A stretch of DNA of 64,000 nt from positions 704,001 through 768,000 of the forward strand of contig JAXGNR010000004.1 in NCBI GenBank assembly GCA_040767965.1, written 5' to 3'. Both the position numbers and the translations under genes were made by a program. The first letter of the stretch is position 1. The number at the start of each line of letters is the position of its first letter. This document shows positions 32,835 through 45,144 of this stretch, piece by piece. The DNA comes from Atribacterota bacterium (GTDB taxonomy: Bacteria > Atribacterota > Phoenicimicrobiia > Phoenicimicrobiales > Stramentimicrobiaceae). The notes under the pieces were generated by a model, which saw nothing but the letters and a program-made list of their open reading frames with translations, did no database searches and was not told where the DNA came from.

Positions 32835-32865
32835 AACTATATTATTATAATTTTATATTAATTTA

Positions 32866-35688
32866 CTATATTAAAACTTTCTTTAAAAATTGACCTGTAT
32901 AAGAAGAGTTAAAGTTGATTATTTCTTCAGGACTGCCCTCGAATAAAACTCTGCCACCCTCATTCCCTCCATCTGGTCCCAGATCGATAATATGGTCAGC
33001 TGATTTTATAACATCTAAATTGTGCTCTATTACTAAAACAGTATTGCCTTGATCTACCAGCTTATTCAGGACTTCCAGCAATTTTTTAACATCATCAAAA
33101 TGAAGTCCAGTGGTTGGCTCGTCTAACAAATACAAAGTTTTGCCAGTGCTTTTTTTGCTTAATTCTTTTGCCAGCTTGATCCTTTGAGCTTCTCCACCTG
33201 AAAGAGTACTTGCAGATTGTCCAAGTTTTATATAACCTAAACCGACATCAATCAGAGTTTTTAATATTCTTTTAATTTTAGGTATATTTTCAAAAAATAT
33301 ATCAGCTTCTTCTACGGTCATATTGAGTACTTCAGAAATATTTTTTTCTTTATACTTTATTTCAAGAGTTTCTCTGTTAAACCTTTCTCCTTTGCAGACC
33401 TCACAGGGAATAAAAATATCCGGTAAAAAAAACATCTCAATTTTGACTATTCCAGCTCCTTCACATGATTCACACCTTCCACCTTTTACATTAAAGCTAA
33501 ACCTGCTGGGAGTATAACCTTTCATTTTTGCTAATCTGGTCATAGCAAACAATTCTCTGATTGGAGTAAACACTCCAGTATAAGTTGCAGGATTGGAACG
33601 CGATGTCTTCCCTATAGGAGATTGATCAATTTTAATTACCTTATCAATATTTTCAATTCCTAATATATCTTTATGTTCACCAGGTTTAATTCTGCTATGA
33701 TTTATTTTTTTTATAAGAGCTTTATATAAAATATCCTCGATCAAGGTACTTTTACCTGAGCCCGATACTCCAGTTACACAATTAAATTTTCCAAGTGGAA
33801 TGTTTACATTAATATTTTTAAGATTGAACTGTTTTGCGCCAATTATTTGAATTGTTTTACCATTGCCGACTCTTCTATTTTTGGGAACCGGAACCTGAAT
33901 TTCTTTGCTCAAGTATTTTCCGGTAAGAGATTCTTTGCTGTTCATTATTTTGTTTTCTTTACCCTGGGCTACTAGATAACCTCCATGAATACCGGCACCT
34001 GGACCTAGATCGATTATATGGTCTGCTAGTCGTATTGTATCTTCATCATGCTCTATTACCAATACGGTATTTCCAAGATCTCTTAATTTTATGAGAGTGT
34101 TTAGTAATTTATTGTTATCTCTTTGATGCAAACCAATTGATGGTTCATCTAAAATATACAAAACTCCTGTAAGGCTTGAACCAATTTGAGTAGCTAATCT
34201 TATTCTTTGATTTTCTCCCCCGGCTAGAGAAGCAGAAGAGCGAGAAAGACTTATATAATCAAGTCCTACATTGGATAAAAATGTTAACCTGGAAACAATT
34301 TCTTTTCTGATTTGTCTGGATATTTTTTCTTCTCTATCTTTAATCTTAAGGTTGTTAAAAAAGTATAAAACCTCTTTTACAGTCATATTTGCTAAATCAG
34401 AAATAGAAAGATCATTTATTTTAACCATCAGGCTTTCTTTCCTTAATCTTTTACCGGCGCATGTTGAACAATTATTTATATTCATATATTTTTGTATTTC
34501 TGACCTGATGTATTCAGATTTTGTTTCCCGATATCTTCTTTTTAAGTTATTTATTACACCTTCAAAATCATTTTTATGTATCCAGGCATTGTCATCTTCT
34601 TCATGGTTATATTCATATGTTATTTTAGTTTTACCAGAACCATATAATAAAACATCCTGTTGTTTTTTAGTTAATTTCTTAAAAGGTGTATTAAGGTCAA
34701 AATTATAATGCCTGGCAACACCAGCCAGTATATGATAAATATATTTACCTTTCACACTCCCCCAGGGGGTCAGTGCTCCTTCTAAAACAGAAATGTTTTT
34801 ATCAGGTATAATTAAATCTGGATCAAATTCCATTTTAACTCCCAATCCGCCACAATCCGGGCATGCCCCATACGGACTATTAAAAGAAAATATTCTGGGA
34901 GTTATCTCAGGCATATTGATTCCACAATGAGGACAAGAGTATTTTTCACTGTAAATTGTTTCTTTATTTTCTTCATTTAATACTATAACCAGTCCATCAC
35001 TCAATTGTAAGGCTGCTTCAACAGAACTGCTAATTCTGCTTTTCATCTCTTCAGTTATTATCAGCCTATCAACTACAATATCTATGTCATGCATTTTATA
35101 GCGAGCCAGGTTTATATTATCATCAATTTCTGAAATCTGGCCGTTTATTCTTACCCTGATAAATCCTTTTTTTCTGATCTCCTCAATTACCTGCTTATGC
35201 TCACCCTTTTTTGCTCTAATAACCGGAGATAATATGATTATTTTACTGTTAACGGGCATCTTTATAATGCTATCTACTATCTGATCAACAGATTGTTTTG
35301 ATATTCTTTTCCCACATGAAGGACAATGAGGAACACCAATTCTAGCAAAAAGTAACCGTAAGTAATCATATATTTCTGTTGCCGTGCCTACAGTTGAACG
35401 TGGATTTTTACTTGATTTCCTTTGGTCAATTGATATTGATGGAGATAGACCTTCAATATAATCAACATCAGGCTTATCCATCTTTTCCATAAATTGTCTG
35501 GCATAAGATGAAAGTGATTCAATGTATCTTCTTTGACTCTCTGCGTAAATAGTGTCATAAGCAAGTGAAGACTTGCCTGAACCACTTAATCCTGTTATTA
35601 CAACTAGTTTATTTCTGGGTATTCTTAAAGAAATATTTTTTAAATTGTGTTCCCTAGCACCCTTAATTATAATGTTGCTGGTTGCCAT
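32866..35688 (-). CDS. uvrA: Excinuclease ABC subunit A
   Basis: GAREHNLK, two Walker A ([16 protein letters not shown]), zinc fingers, LSGGEAQR. Confidence 0.99.
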   Translation of the reverse strand: MATSNIIIKGAREHNLKNISLRIPRNKLVVITGLSGSGKSSLAYDTIYAESQRRYIESLSSYARQFMEKMDKPDVDYIEGLSPSISIDQRKSSKNPRSTVGTATEIYDYLRLLFARIGVPHCPSCGKRISKQSVDQIVDSIIKMPVNSKIIILSPVIRAKKGEHKQVIEEIRKKGFIRVRINGQISEIDDNINLARYKMHDIDIVVDRLIITEEMKSRISSSVEAALQLSDGLVIVLNEENKETIYSEKYSCPHCGINMPEITPRIFSFNSPYGACPDCGGLGVKMEFDPDLIIPDKNISVLEGALTPWGSVKGKYIYHILAGVARHYNFDLNTPFKKLTKKQQDVLLYGSGKTKITYEYNHEEDDNAWIHKNDFEGVINNLKRRYRETKSEYIRSEIQKYMNINNCSTCAGKRLRKESLMVKINDLSISDLANMTVKEVLYFFNNLKIKDREEKISRQIRKEIVSRLTFLSNVGLDYISLSRSSASLAGGENQRIRLATQIGSSLTGVLYILDEPSIGLHQRDNNKLLNTLIKLRDLGNTVLVIEHDEDTIRLADHIIDLGPGAGIHGGYLVAQGKENKIMNSKESLTGKYLSKEIQVPVPKNRRVGNGKTIQIIGAKQFNLKNINVNIPLGKFNCVTGVSGSGKSTLIEDILYKALIKKINHSRIKPGEHKDILGIENIDKVIKIDQSPIGKTSRSNPATYTGVFTPIRELFAMTRLAKMKGYTPSRFSFNVKGGRCESCEGAGIVKIEMFFLPDIFIPCEVCKGERFNRETLEIKYKEKNISEVLNMTVEEADIFFENIPKIKRILKTLIDVGLGYIKLGQSASTLSGGEAQRIKLAKELSKKSTGKTLYLLDEPTTGLHFDDVKKLLEVLNKLVDQGNTVLVIEHNLDVIKSADHIIDLGPDGGNEGGRVLFEGSPEEIINFNSSYTGQFLKKVLI

Positions 35689-35732
35689 ATTTTTTTCTCC
35701 GCTTTATGCAAAAAAACTTAAACTTCAATTAT

Positions 35733-37730
35733 TTAATAATGAAATAATAATTTTTCTTTTTTTAATCTTTTTATTTCATCTCTAAGTAATGCAGCTCTTT
35801 CAAAATCTAATTGCTTAGCAGCTTGTTTCATTTCGTCTGTTAAAGATTTTAGCAAAGCATTCAGGCTGCTTTTTGGCAAATATTTTGTCTTGCTATCCAT
35901 CATTGAATTATTTTTATCCGGAATCAGATCATTATTTTCTTCATATATCAAATCAAAGATCGGTTTTTTGATAGTTCTAGGGGTTATTTTATATTTTTTG
36001 TTATATGCCAATTGTATTTTTCTTCTTCTATTTGTTTCATCAATAGCTCTTTCCATAGAGCCTGTTATTCTATCACAGTATAATATTACTGTACCATTAA
36101 TATTCCTTGCAGCCCTCCCCATAGTTTGTATTAATGAAGTTTCAGATCTTAAAAATCCTTCTTTATCAGCATCAAGAATGGCAACAAGGGCTACTTCCGG
36201 TAAATCTAATCCTTCTCTCAACAAATTTACTCCAACCAGCACATCATACTCGCCTTCTCTGAGTCCTTTCAAAATCTTTATTCTTTCTAATGTATCAATT
36301 TCCGAATGAAGATATCTTACTTTTATTCCTATTTTTTTTAAATATTCCGCAGTGTCTTCAGCCATTCTTTTGGTTAAAGTTGTCACTAATATTCTTTCTT
36401 GCTTTTTTACTCTTGCTTTTACTTCTGAGATTAAATCATCAATCTGGAATTCAGCTGAACGTATTTCAACTTCAGGATCAGCCAAACCAGTAGGTCTGAT
36501 AATTTGTTCAACGATCTGTTGGCTTTCCTCTAATTCATATTTTGCAGGGGTTGCAGAAACAAAAAGAACTTTTTTCATATATTCTTTAAATTCTTCAAAC
36601 ACTAATGGTCTGTTATCGTAAGCAGAAGGTAATCGAAATCCATACTTTACTAAACTGTCTTTTCTAGATTTATCACCTGCATACATTCCTCTTATTTGGG
36701 GTATTGTAACATGAGATTCATCAATAATTATTAAAAAAGGTTCTGAGAAATAGTCTAATAGTGTCGCAGGCGGTTCACCTGGTTTTCTGCCACTTAAGTG
36801 CCTTGAGTAATTTTCTATTCCAGAACAATAGCCAACCTGAGAAAGCATTTCCAAATCATAGTTGGTTCTTTGTTTTAATCTTTCTGCTTCTAATATTTTT
36901 TTATTCTTCTTTAAATATTCTAATTGTTCTTCTAATTCAGCTTTTATATTTTTAATTGCCTCTATTACTCTTTCATGAGTAGTAACAAAATGCTTTGCAG
37001 GATATACTATTATTTTTTCTTTTTTATTTATTTTTTGGCCAGTTAATGGATTTATTTCAAAAATAGATTCTATAATATCTCCAAACATCTCAATGCGAAA
37101 CGCGTTTTCCAAATAGGCAGGAAATATTTCTACTATATCTCCCCTTATCCGAAAACGGCTTCTTTGAAAATCATAATCATTTCTCTCATACTGTATATCT
37201 ACAAGTTTTTTTATAATTTCATTACGATCTATTTTCTGGTTTTCTGATACCATCAACACTAATTTTGAAAAATCGCCAGGAGATCCTAATCCATAAATAC
37301 ATGAAACGCTTGATACGATTATTACATCGTTTCTTTCAAGTAAGGATGCAGTTGCCGCTAATCTCAATCGATCTATCTCTTCGTTAATAGAAGAATCTTT
37401 TTCAATATAAGTGTCTGTGCGGGCAATATATGCTTCTGGCTGATAATAGTCATAATAACTCACAAAATAGCCAACGGCATTATCGGGAAAATATCTTTTA
37501 AATTCATTACACAATTGAGCAGCTAAAGTTTTATTATGGGAAATAACAAGAGTTGGCATTTGCATTTTTTGAATAATATTAGCCATAGTAAAAGTTTTTC
37601 CAGATCCGGTAACACCTAACAATGTTTGGATTTCCTGGTTATTTTGAAAACCAGTCCATATTTTATTGATTGCCTGAGGTTGATCTCCCTGTGGGGGATA
37701 ATCAGCTACTAATTGAAATTGTTTTTTCAC
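35733..37730 (-). CDS. uvrB: Excinuclease ABC subunit B
   Basis: [33 protein letters not shown]-terminal UVR motif. Confidence 0.99.
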   Translation of the reverse strand: MKKQFQLVADYPPQGDQPQAINKIWTGFQNNQEIQTLLGVTGSGKTFTMANIIQKMQMPTLVISHNKTLAAQLCNEFKRYFPDNAVGYFVSYYDYYQPEAYIARTDTYIEKDSSINEEIDRLRLAATASLLERNDVIIVSSVSCIYGLGSPGDFSKLVLMVSENQKIDRNEIIKKLVDIQYERNDYDFQRSRFRIRGDIVEIFPAYLENAFRIEMFGDIIESIFEINPLTGQKINKKEKIIVYPAKHFVTTHERVIEAIKNIKAELEEQLEYLKKNKKILEAERLKQRTNYDLEMLSQVGYCSGIENYSRHLSGRKPGEPPATLLDYFSEPFLIIIDESHVTIPQIRGMYAGDKSRKDSLVKYGFRLPSAYDNRPLVFEEFKEYMKKVLFVSATPAKYELEESQQIVEQIIRPTGLADPEVEIRSAEFQIDDLISEVKARVKKQERILVTTLTKRMAEDTAEYLKKIGIKVRYLHSEIDTLERIKILKGLREGEYDVLVGVNLLREGLDLPEVALVAILDADKEGFLRSETSLIQTMGRAARNINGTVILYCDRITGSMERAIDETNRRRKIQLAYNKKYKITPRTIKKPIFDLIYEENNDLIPDKNNSMMDSKTKYLPKSSLNALLKSLTDEMKQAAKQLDFERAALLRDEIKRLKKEKLLFHY

Positions 37731-37929
37731 TTAAAAAATATTACCTCAAATAAATATAATGAATAGTTTTAATGATTCCGGTATTTTACCAAAAATAAAT
37801 TATATCATAAAATAATATTTAGTCATGGGGTTTTTATTGTCAATTCATATGAACAACATAAAATAAAGCAGAACAGAATGATATTTTTATAGTTTTTAAA
37901 TATACAATTTAGAAAAAGCAGATAAGCTG

Positions 37930-38541
37930 CTAAATAAAAGTATTTAGCTCTTTCCATAATTTTATTACTTGTTCTTTAGTGTTTTCAATACTTTTACTAT
38001 TATCTATAACATAATCTGCAAGTTTTATCTTATCCTGCATAGGCATTTGGCTTTCAATCCTTTTTATAGCTTCATCATTGTTTAGCCCATTTCTTGTTTT
38101 TAGCCTTGTAAGTTGTTGTTCCCAGTCTAAGTATACCACAATTATTTTATCCATAATATTATCTGTTTTTGTCTCAAAAAGTAAAGGGATATCAATTATG
38201 CAGATTCTTTCATTTTCTGAATTATTTTTTATTTCTTTTATCTTTTTTTTGATATTGTTTATTATTTCAGGATGAGTAATACTGTTTAATAGTTTCAATT
38301 TTCTGTTGTCAGAAAAAACTATATCTGCCATTTTTTTTCGGTCGATCTCATTGTTTTCATTCAAAATTTCTTTCCCGAAATTTTTAATAATCATTTTCCA
38401 TGATTTTCTCCCCGGTAAAACCATTTGACGGGCAATCATATCAGCATCAATAATAATAGCACCTAATTGCTGAAATATTTTTGCAACTGTACTTTTACCG
38501 GTAACTATGCCTCCAGTAAGTCCCACGACAAGTACTTTCAT
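37930..38541 (-). CDS. coaE: Dephospho-CoA kinase
   Basis: GLTGGIVTGKST, DAD, THP, DIPLLFE; start MKVLVV at 38541. Confidence 0.96.
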   Translation of the reverse strand: MKVLVVGLTGGIVTGKSTVAKIFQQLGAIIIDADMIARQMVLPGRKSWKMIIKNFGKEILNENNEIDRKKMADIVFSDNRKLKLLNSITHPEIINNIKKKIKEIKNNSENERICIIDIPLLFETKTDNIMDKIIVVYLDWEQQLTRLKTRNGLNNDEAIKRIESQMPMQDKIKLADYVIDNSKSIENTKEQVIKLWKELNTFI

Positions 38542-38546
38542 AATAT

Positions 38547-41237
38547 TTAATCCAATTCCCCCCATCGGTAACCTGTTTTGAAATTTACTTTTAAAGGAAC
38601 ATTTAATTTTAAACTATTTTCCATTATTTTTTTAATAATTTTTTTTCTTTTTTGCAATTCAATAGCAGGGATTTCAAATATTAATTCATCGTGTATTTGT
38701 AAAATTAAGTTACTTTTTAAATTATTCTTAACCATCTGTTGCTCTATCTTTACCATGGCAATTTTTATTAAATCTGCTGCTGTTCCCTGGATGGGTGTAT
38801 TTACAGCAGCTCTTTCAAAAAACTCCCTTATATTTTTATTAGGACTATCAATTCCCTCCAAGTATCTGATACGATTCAACATTGTTCGTACTATTTTATC
38901 TTTTCTAGCATTTTTAATCTGTTTATTAATGTATTCTTTTACATTAAAATATTTTTGGAAATAAGCGTCAATATAATTTTGAGCTTCGATATTTGAGATG
39001 CCAAGATTATTTGAAAGACCATAACTGCTCATACCATATATAATTCCAAAATTTATTACTTTTGCAATTCTACGCATTTCATCACTAACCGCATCCAGAT
39101 CTACATTGAAAACATTTGCAGCAGTATATGTGTGCACATCCTGATCTTTCGAAAATGCTTCAATTAGACTCATATCATTAGATAAATGTGCTAAGATACG
39201 TAGTTCGATTTGAGAATAATCTGCCGAGAGATAAATGCAGCCATTATCAGCTATAAATGCATTCCTGATTTCCTTTCCTAACTCAGTTCTGATAGGAATA
39301 TTTTGCAAGTTAGGATTATTACTGCTAAGCCTTCCTGTTGATGTGCCTGTCTGATTAAAGGAAGCGTGAATACGTCCTGTTTTAGAATTAATTAATTTTG
39401 GTAATTTATCAATATAAGTATTTTTTAATTTTTCCAATTCCCGGAAATGAAGTATTTTGGCAACTATTATGTGCTCTTCTGATAATTTTGTTAAAACATT
39501 TGCATTTGTTGAATAGCCAGTTTTTATTTTTTTTATGACAGGTAGTCCTAATTTTTCAAACAAGATAACGCTCAATTGTTTAGGAGAATTAAGGTTAAAT
39601 GTTTCTCCTGAAATTTCAAATATTTCTTTTTTAATATTATCTATTTCTACGGCAAATTTTTGAGACATTTCCTTCAAAAAAATACTGTCTATTTTTATTC
39701 CTTTTTTTTCCATATTACAGATAATATTAATTAGTGGAATCTCTACTTCTTTGTAAAGTGCTATCAGTTCATTTTTTTGCATTTCCTGAAGCATCATTTT
39801 TTCCAAAGGTATCAATTTACCAGTCTGCCAGCAAAAAGCTATTTCCTCTTCTTGGTCATTTTTACAATCTTCTGTGATATGTAAATAATTTTCATCATTT
39901 GTATTGTTAAAATATTTTTTTATAATTTCTTTTAAATTTATATTTTCCTGGGTAGGATTCAATAAATAAAAGGCGATTTTTAGATCGGAAAAAGGTTCAA
40001 AAAAGTCGCTTTGAATGTCCAGAAAATAAAACAAAGTATCCTTCAAATCAAAACCGATCTTTTTGATTTTTTTACTTTGAAACAAAGGATAAAGCAACTC
40101 AATTATTTTTTCCTTGGAAATAGCATTCTTCTCCTTTAGCAAAATATCTCCACTTGAGACATAAATTAAATAAATACTGTCATTTTCCAGAGTAATTGCT
40201 ATTTTTTTCAATATTTTTTCATTGTTACAATAAGATATATCAAGCAAGAAAGCAAAATATTCTCTATTTTTAATTTTATCTGTTAATATTTTTAAATCTT
40301 GCTCATTATTAATATTTTTGTAATTAGTTGTATCATGAGTACTGAAGCTATTTTTTTGTAATTTCTCCCCTGGTATTTTTTCTAATAGTTTTTTAAATTC
40401 ATATTTTTCAAAAATATCTTTTAATTTATAATAATCAGGTTCTTTATAAATCAAATTATTGATTTCCAGATTTAATTTCATGTCTTTTTTTATAACAGCC
40501 AGGCTTCTGCTTAAGAAAGCTTCCTCTTGACTATTTTCTATTTTATTTTTTACAGCTTTGCTTTTGATTTTATCTAAATTAGCAAATATTTTTTCCAAAT
40601 TACCGAAATCGGCTATTAATTTTTTGGCGGTTTTTTCTCCAATCCCTGCAATACCAGGAATATTATCAGAAGAGTCTCCTTTTAAACCAATATAATCAGG
40701 TATTAACCCGGGTGGAAATCCTAACATATTTTTTACAGTTTCCAAATTGTGTTGTTTAACCTGGGTTATGCCTTTTTGCATCAGTACTATTTCTGTATTC
40801 TCACTGATTAATTGCAATAAGTCTCGATCACCGGTAACAATAATTTTTTTAAAATCAGATATTTTTTCATTTTGAACAATAGAGCCAATGATATCATCAG
40901 CTTCATATTCCTCTACGGCAACAGAAGGGATTTGAAATGCATCTACTATTTTCTTTATGATAGGTAGTTGATCTATCAATTCCTGTGGCATTTTTTCCCT
41001 TTGTGCTTTATACTGACCATATATTTTATGCCTAAAAGTAGGCTTTGGAGAATCAAATGCAATAACTATGCCATCAGGGTGATATTCTTCCAATATTTTG
41101 ATGATCAATAATGTAAATCCATAAGCAGCGTTAATTGGCTGGCCAAAAGTAGTAGTTAATTTTGGTAAAGCAAAATAAGCCCTATAAATCAATCCTTGTC
41201 CATCAATCAGATATAATTCTTTTTTTTTACTGTCCAT
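38547..41237 (-). CDS. polA: DNA polymerase I
   Basis: 5' nuclease (IDG, EADD, GDSSDNIPG) and polymerase motifs (TGRLSS, ADYSQIELR, QIHDEL); 3'-5' exo region looks degenerate. Confidence 0.98.
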   Translation of the reverse strand: MDSKKKELYLIDGQGLIYRAYFALPKLTTTFGQPINAAYGFTLLIIKILEEYHPDGIVIAFDSPKPTFRHKIYGQYKAQREKMPQELIDQLPIIKKIVDAFQIPSVAVEEYEADDIIGSIVQNEKISDFKKIIVTGDRDLLQLISENTEIVLMQKGITQVKQHNLETVKNMLGFPPGLIPDYIGLKGDSSDNIPGIAGIGEKTAKKLIADFGNLEKIFANLDKIKSKAVKNKIENSQEEAFLSRSLAVIKKDMKLNLEINNLIYKEPDYYKLKDIFEKYEFKKLLEKIPGEKLQKNSFSTHDTTNYKNINNEQDLKILTDKIKNREYFAFLLDISYCNNEKILKKIAITLENDSIYLIYVSSGDILLKEKNAISKEKIIELLYPLFQSKKIKKIGFDLKDTLFYFLDIQSDFFEPFSDLKIAFYLLNPTQENINLKEIIKKYFNNTNDENYLHITEDCKNDQEEEIAFCWQTGKLIPLEKMMLQEMQKNELIALYKEVEIPLINIICNMEKKGIKIDSIFLKEMSQKFAVEIDNIKKEIFEISGETFNLNSPKQLSVILFEKLGLPVIKKIKTGYSTNANVLTKLSEEHIIVAKILHFRELEKLKNTYIDKLPKLINSKTGRIHASFNQTGTSTGRLSSNNPNLQNIPIRTELGKEIRNAFIADNGCIYLSADYSQIELRILAHLSNDMSLIEAFSKDQDVHTYTAANVFNVDLDAVSDEMRRIAKVINFGIIYGMSSYGLSNNLGISNIEAQNYIDAYFQKYFNVKEYINKQIKNARKDKIVRTMLNRIRYLEGIDSPNKNIREFFERAAVNTPIQGTAADLIKIAMVKIEQQMVKNNLKSNLILQIHDELIFEIPAIELQKRKKIIKKIMENSLKLNVPLKVNFKTGYRWGELD

Positions 41238-41294
41238 TTTTTTCTTTCGCTATATTATTAATAATAAGTCTATCTATAATTATTTTATACTTGC

Positions 41295-41323
41295 TTGACA
41301 TTACACATAGACTAAATTATAAT
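41295..41323 (+). promoter_or_regulatory. Consensus sigma70/SigA promoter of tRNA-Leu
   Basis: TTGACA-17 nt-TATAAT, perfect consensus. Confidence 0.85.
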
Positions 41324-41352
41324 CTTTTTGTGTAATTTTATATATTTTAATT

Positions 41353-41441
41353 GCCGAAGTGGCGAAATTGGTAGACGCACTGGACTCAAAATCCAGCGGG
41401 CCTCACAGCTCATGTCGGTTCGACTCCGACCTTCGGCACCA
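41353..41441 (+). tRNA. tRNA-Leu(CAA)
   Basis: Acceptor GCCGAAG/CTTCGGC, D-arm, anticodon stem CTGGA/TCCAG with loop CTCAAAA, long variable arm, GGTTCGACT T-loop, encoded CCA. Confidence 0.97.
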
Positions 41442-41446
41442 CTACT

Positions 41447-44400
41447 TCAAGCAGTCTTTTCAAACCAAACTTTCCCCTTTGTCAAAAAATCTTTAATTTC
41501 TTCAATAATATTTTGATCGTATTTTATCCCGAAATCATTGCCAATTTTCTGGCAAAAAGTTTTTTTAGAAGTCTTGTAGTGCAAAATAATTGGATTATTT
41601 CCAGGATACTTAGTGAAAATATTTTTTAACTTATGCAGTTTTTTTAAATCCATGCTATCCATTTCTGTTTCAATATGGAGACAATATTTTTTGTTAGTAT
41701 TCTCATTGTCAATGGTAATGTTTTTAAATATTGGTGCTTTTTTCTTCTTTTTATAATCTTCAATGGGAACTATTGATTCAGCTAATATTTTTGCACTGAA
41801 TTCACCAATATCGAGTTTTCCTTCCACAATAACTATATTTTCTTCAGTAATTATATCTTTATGATCTTCAAATGTTTTGGGAAATACAATAATATCAACA
41901 GTACCTTCAAAGTCTTCTAAAACAAAATATGCCATCATATTACCATTTTTAGTTGTTTTTTTCCTTATTCCGCTAATTATCCCGCCCATAATTACATGGC
42001 TTTTATCCTCATAATCAGGTAATCGGGAGGTTGACGCATCTGTTATTTTCTTTATTTTTTCCTTATAATCATCAAGAGGATGTTTTGATAAGTAAAAACC
42101 AAGGATTTCTTTTTCCATCGTTAAAAGCTCCTGGTCATTAAACTCATCAATATCAGGTAATGAAAAATTTTCACGAATTATATTATTTTCACTGTTATTA
42201 TCACTAATTAATGCAAAAATATTCGTTTGTCCGTTTCTTTTTTCTTTTTCTGCTTCATGCCCCAAATTGATGGCATGTTCTAATATAGATAACAATTGTG
42301 ATCTTTTAGCTTTGGTAGAATCAAAAGCGCCACATTTTATCAAGCTTTCTATAGTTCTACGGTTCATGGTTTTCAAATCTACTCTGCGACAAAAATCAAA
42401 CAAAGAAGTAAAACAACCTTTTTCATTGCGCTCTATGATTATGTTTTCTATAGCAGCGTTTCCGACATTTTTTACCGCAGCTAATCCAAAACGAATGGAT
42501 TGCTTGTCAACAACAGTAAAATCTATCAGGCTTTCATTTATGTCAGGAGGTAATATTTTTATATTAATATTCTGACTTTCTTTTATATATTTAACTACTT
42601 TATCAGTATTCTGCATTATACTTGTTAGCAAAGCAGCCATATATTCTACAGGGTAATGAGCTTTCAAATAGGCAGTTTGGTAAGATATGTATGCATAAGA
42701 AACACTATGAGATTTATTAAACCCATATCCAGCGAAATAATCTATCAAATCAAATATCTCATTGGCAGTTTCTTTACTGATGCCATTCTTTACTGCTCCT
42801 TCAGTAAATAACTGATGTTGTTTATTCATAATTTCTTTTACTTTTTTACCCATGGCTTTTCTTAAAATATCTGCTTGACCCAGGGAATATCCTGCTAATT
42901 CACTTGCAATTTGCATAACTTGTTCCTGATAAACAATAACTCCGTAAGTATCTTTTAAAATTGGCTCTAGGCTGGGGTGAAGGTATTTAATATCAATCTT
43001 CCCTTTTTTACGATCAATAAAATCATCAATCATTCCACTACCTAGAGGGCCAGGTCTAAACAAAGCCAAAAGGGCAGTAATATCTTCAATGTTTTTTGGT
43101 TCCATTCTTTTTACTAAATCTATCATACCTGAACTCTCTAACTGGAACAGACCACAACAGTCTCCTTTAGCTAAAAGCTGATACGTCTTTTTGTCATCAA
43201 GAGGTATTTCATCAATATTTAGCTCTTTTTTTCTGGTTTTACGAATTATTTTTAAGGTATTATTAATAACAGAAAGTGTTCTCAAACCTAAAAAATCCAT
43301 TTTTAATAGGCCTAATGATTCTAAGTCTTCTGCTGCATACTGTGTTGAAGTTTCGCCGTCAGTGGTTAATTGAAGAGGTACGAAATCAGTTAAAGGATCT
43401 CTGGATAAAACAACTCCAGCAGCGTGTGTCGAAGCATGTCTGGATAATCCTTCTAATTTTGCTGATACTTCTATCATTTTTTTTATTTGAGGATCATCTT
43501 CCATCCTGTTTTTTAATTCCGGTTCGATTTGTAAAGCCTTCTTTATAGTCATCTTTGGGTCCATAGGAATTAATTTGGCTATTTTGTCAACTTGTCCATA
43601 AGGGATTCCCAATGATCTTCCTACATCTCTAATGGCAGCCCGGGCTGCCATAGTACCAAAAGTAATGATCTGGGAAACTTTATCACGACCATATTTATTA
43701 CTTACGTATTCTATTACTTCTCCTCTGCCTTCATAACTAAAATCGATGTCAAAATCTGGCATGCTGATTCTTTCCGGATTCAGAAATCGTTCAAACAATA
43801 ATTTATATTGCAATGGATTAATGTTTGTAATACTCAAGCAATAAGCAACTAAGCTGCCCGCTGCAGAACCTCTACCTGGCCCAACCATTATTTTGTGTTT
43901 TTTAGCATAATTAACAAAATCCCATACTATCAAAAAATAAGTTGAAAACCCCATTTTTTCTATAACAGAAAGCTCATAATCAAGTCTTCTTCTAATTTTA
44001 TCATTCAAATCAGGGAATTTGTTTTTTGCACCTTCGTAACAGATTTTTCTTAAATACTCATTATCAGTCAGATTATCAGGTAAGTTAAATTCAGGTAAAT
44101 GGGCAGTTCGAAAATCAATTTCCAAATTACATGATTCTGCAATCTTTAAAGTATTTTCCAGCGCCTCTGGAATATCAATAAATTGTTTTTCCATTTCTTC
44201 CGGAGTATTAAAATAAAACTCATCAGTGCTCAGTCTCATTCTGGTGGGATCATCCAGATTAGTTGCTGTTTGGATACATAATAAGATATCATGTGCTTCC
44301 CTGTCTTCACGATTTATATAGTGAACATCATTTGTAGCAACCAGCGGTATGTTTAAAGATTTCCCTAGTTTGATGAGTTCTTTATTTACAGCTATTTGTT

Positions 44401-44953
44401 CCGGCATAGTATTATTTTGTATTTCAAGATAAAAATTATCTTCCCCAAACATTTTCTGAAAATACAATGCGGCTTCTTTTGCTTTATTTATTTTATTTTG
44501 TAAAATATACTGAGATATTTCCCCTTTCAGACAGGCAGAAAGACAGATAAGACCATCACTATATTCTTGTAATAATTCTTTATCGATTCTGGGCTTATAG
44601 TAAAAACCTTCCAAAAATGATTTAGTAACCAATTGCAATAAATTTTGATATCCGGTTTTATTTTTTGCCAAAAGTATTAAATGATTCGGTGATTCTTTTT
44701 TGCCATTTGACTTATCTTTTCTGCTTTTTGAAGCAACATACACTTCACAACCAATGATGGGTTTAACATTGTTAGCCATTGCTTCTTTATAAAATTGAAC
44801 AGCTCCGTACATTACTCCATGATCTGTAATTGCTAATGCAGTCATCTTATTTTCTTTTGCTTTTGCTATTAAATCTTTTATTCTGCAAGCCCCATCAAGA
44901 AGACTATATTCAGAATGAACATGCAGATGTATAAAATTATTGTTTTTTGTCAT
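41447..44953 (-). CDS. dnaE: DNA polymerase III alpha subunit
   Basis: PHP HLHVHSEYSLLDG, GPGRGSAAGS, PDFDIDF, KMDFLGL, YGFNKSHS. Confidence 0.99.
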   Translation of the reverse strand: MTKNNNFIHLHVHSEYSLLDGACRIKDLIAKAKENKMTALAITDHGVMYGAVQFYKEAMANNVKPIIGCEVYVASKSRKDKSNGKKESPNHLILLAKNKTGYQNLLQLVTKSFLEGFYYKPRIDKELLQEYSDGLICLSACLKGEISQYILQNKINKAKEAALYFQKMFGEDNFYLEIQNNTMPEQIAVNKELIKLGKSLNIPLVATNDVHYINREDREAHDILLCIQTATNLDDPTRMRLSTDEFYFNTPEEMEKQFIDIPEALENTLKIAESCNLEIDFRTAHLPEFNLPDNLTDNEYLRKICYEGAKNKFPDLNDKIRRRLDYELSVIEKMGFSTYFLIVWDFVNYAKKHKIMVGPGRGSAAGSLVAYCLSITNINPLQYKLLFERFLNPERISMPDFDIDFSYEGRGEVIEYVSNKYGRDKVSQIITFGTMAARAAIRDVGRSLGIPYGQVDKIAKLIPMDPKMTIKKALQIEPELKNRMEDDPQIKKMIEVSAKLEGLSRHASTHAAGVVLSRDPLTDFVPLQLTTDGETSTQYAAEDLESLGLLKMDFLGLRTLSVINNTLKIIRKTRKKELNIDEIPLDDKKTYQLLAKGDCCGLFQLESSGMIDLVKRMEPKNIEDITALLALFRPGPLGSGMIDDFIDRKKGKIDIKYLHPSLEPILKDTYGVIVYQEQVMQIASELAGYSLGQADILRKAMGKKVKEIMNKQHQLFTEGAVKNGISKETANEIFDLIDYFAGYGFNKSHSVSYAYISYQTAYLKAHYPVEYMAALLTSIMQNTDKVVKYIKESQNINIKILPPDINESLIDFTVVDKQSIRFGLAAVKNVGNAAIENIIIERNEKGCFTSLFDFCRRVDLKTMNRRTIESLIKCGAFDSTKAKRSQLLSILEHAINLGHEAEKEKRNGQTNIFALISDNNSENNIIRENFSLPDIDEFNDQELLTMEKEILGFYLSKHPLDDYKEKIKKITDASTSRLPDYEDKSHVIMGGIISGIRKKTTKNGNMMAYFVLEDFEGTVDIIVFPKTFEDHKDIITEENIVIVEGKLDIGEFSAKILAESIVPIEDYKKKKKAPIFKNITIDNENTNKKYCLHIETEMDSMDLKKLHKLKNIFTKYPGNNPIILHYKTSKKTFCQKIGNDFGIKYDQNIIEEIKDFLTKGKVWFEKTA

Positions 44954-45020
44954 AATGTAACTCTCTTAACTTTTTTTGTATTATTATACAGGAAATTAAT
45001 TTTATAATTATTTTCAGATA

Positions 45021-45054
45021 ATAATAAGGAAAGCTTTTAAGCTTTCCTTATTAT
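45021..45054. terminator. Intrinsic terminator hairpin after pfk
   Basis: Inverted repeat ataataaggaaagctt / aagctttccttattat. Confidence 0.75.
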
Positions 45055-45144
45055 ATATTAATATTATCATAAATTAGAGTTAATTTTAATGCTTTAAGTA
45101 ACTACTAATTTTATTTATTTTAATGCATATTATTAGAATTGATT

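Noticed and set aside
37731-37929. LexA/SOS box upstream of uvrB
   Set aside because: No convincing GAAC-N4-GTTC or CTGT-N8-ACAG site
41328-41516. 62-aa plus-strand ORF
   Set aside because: It is a translation of the tRNA-Leu gene and the antisense of the dnaE end
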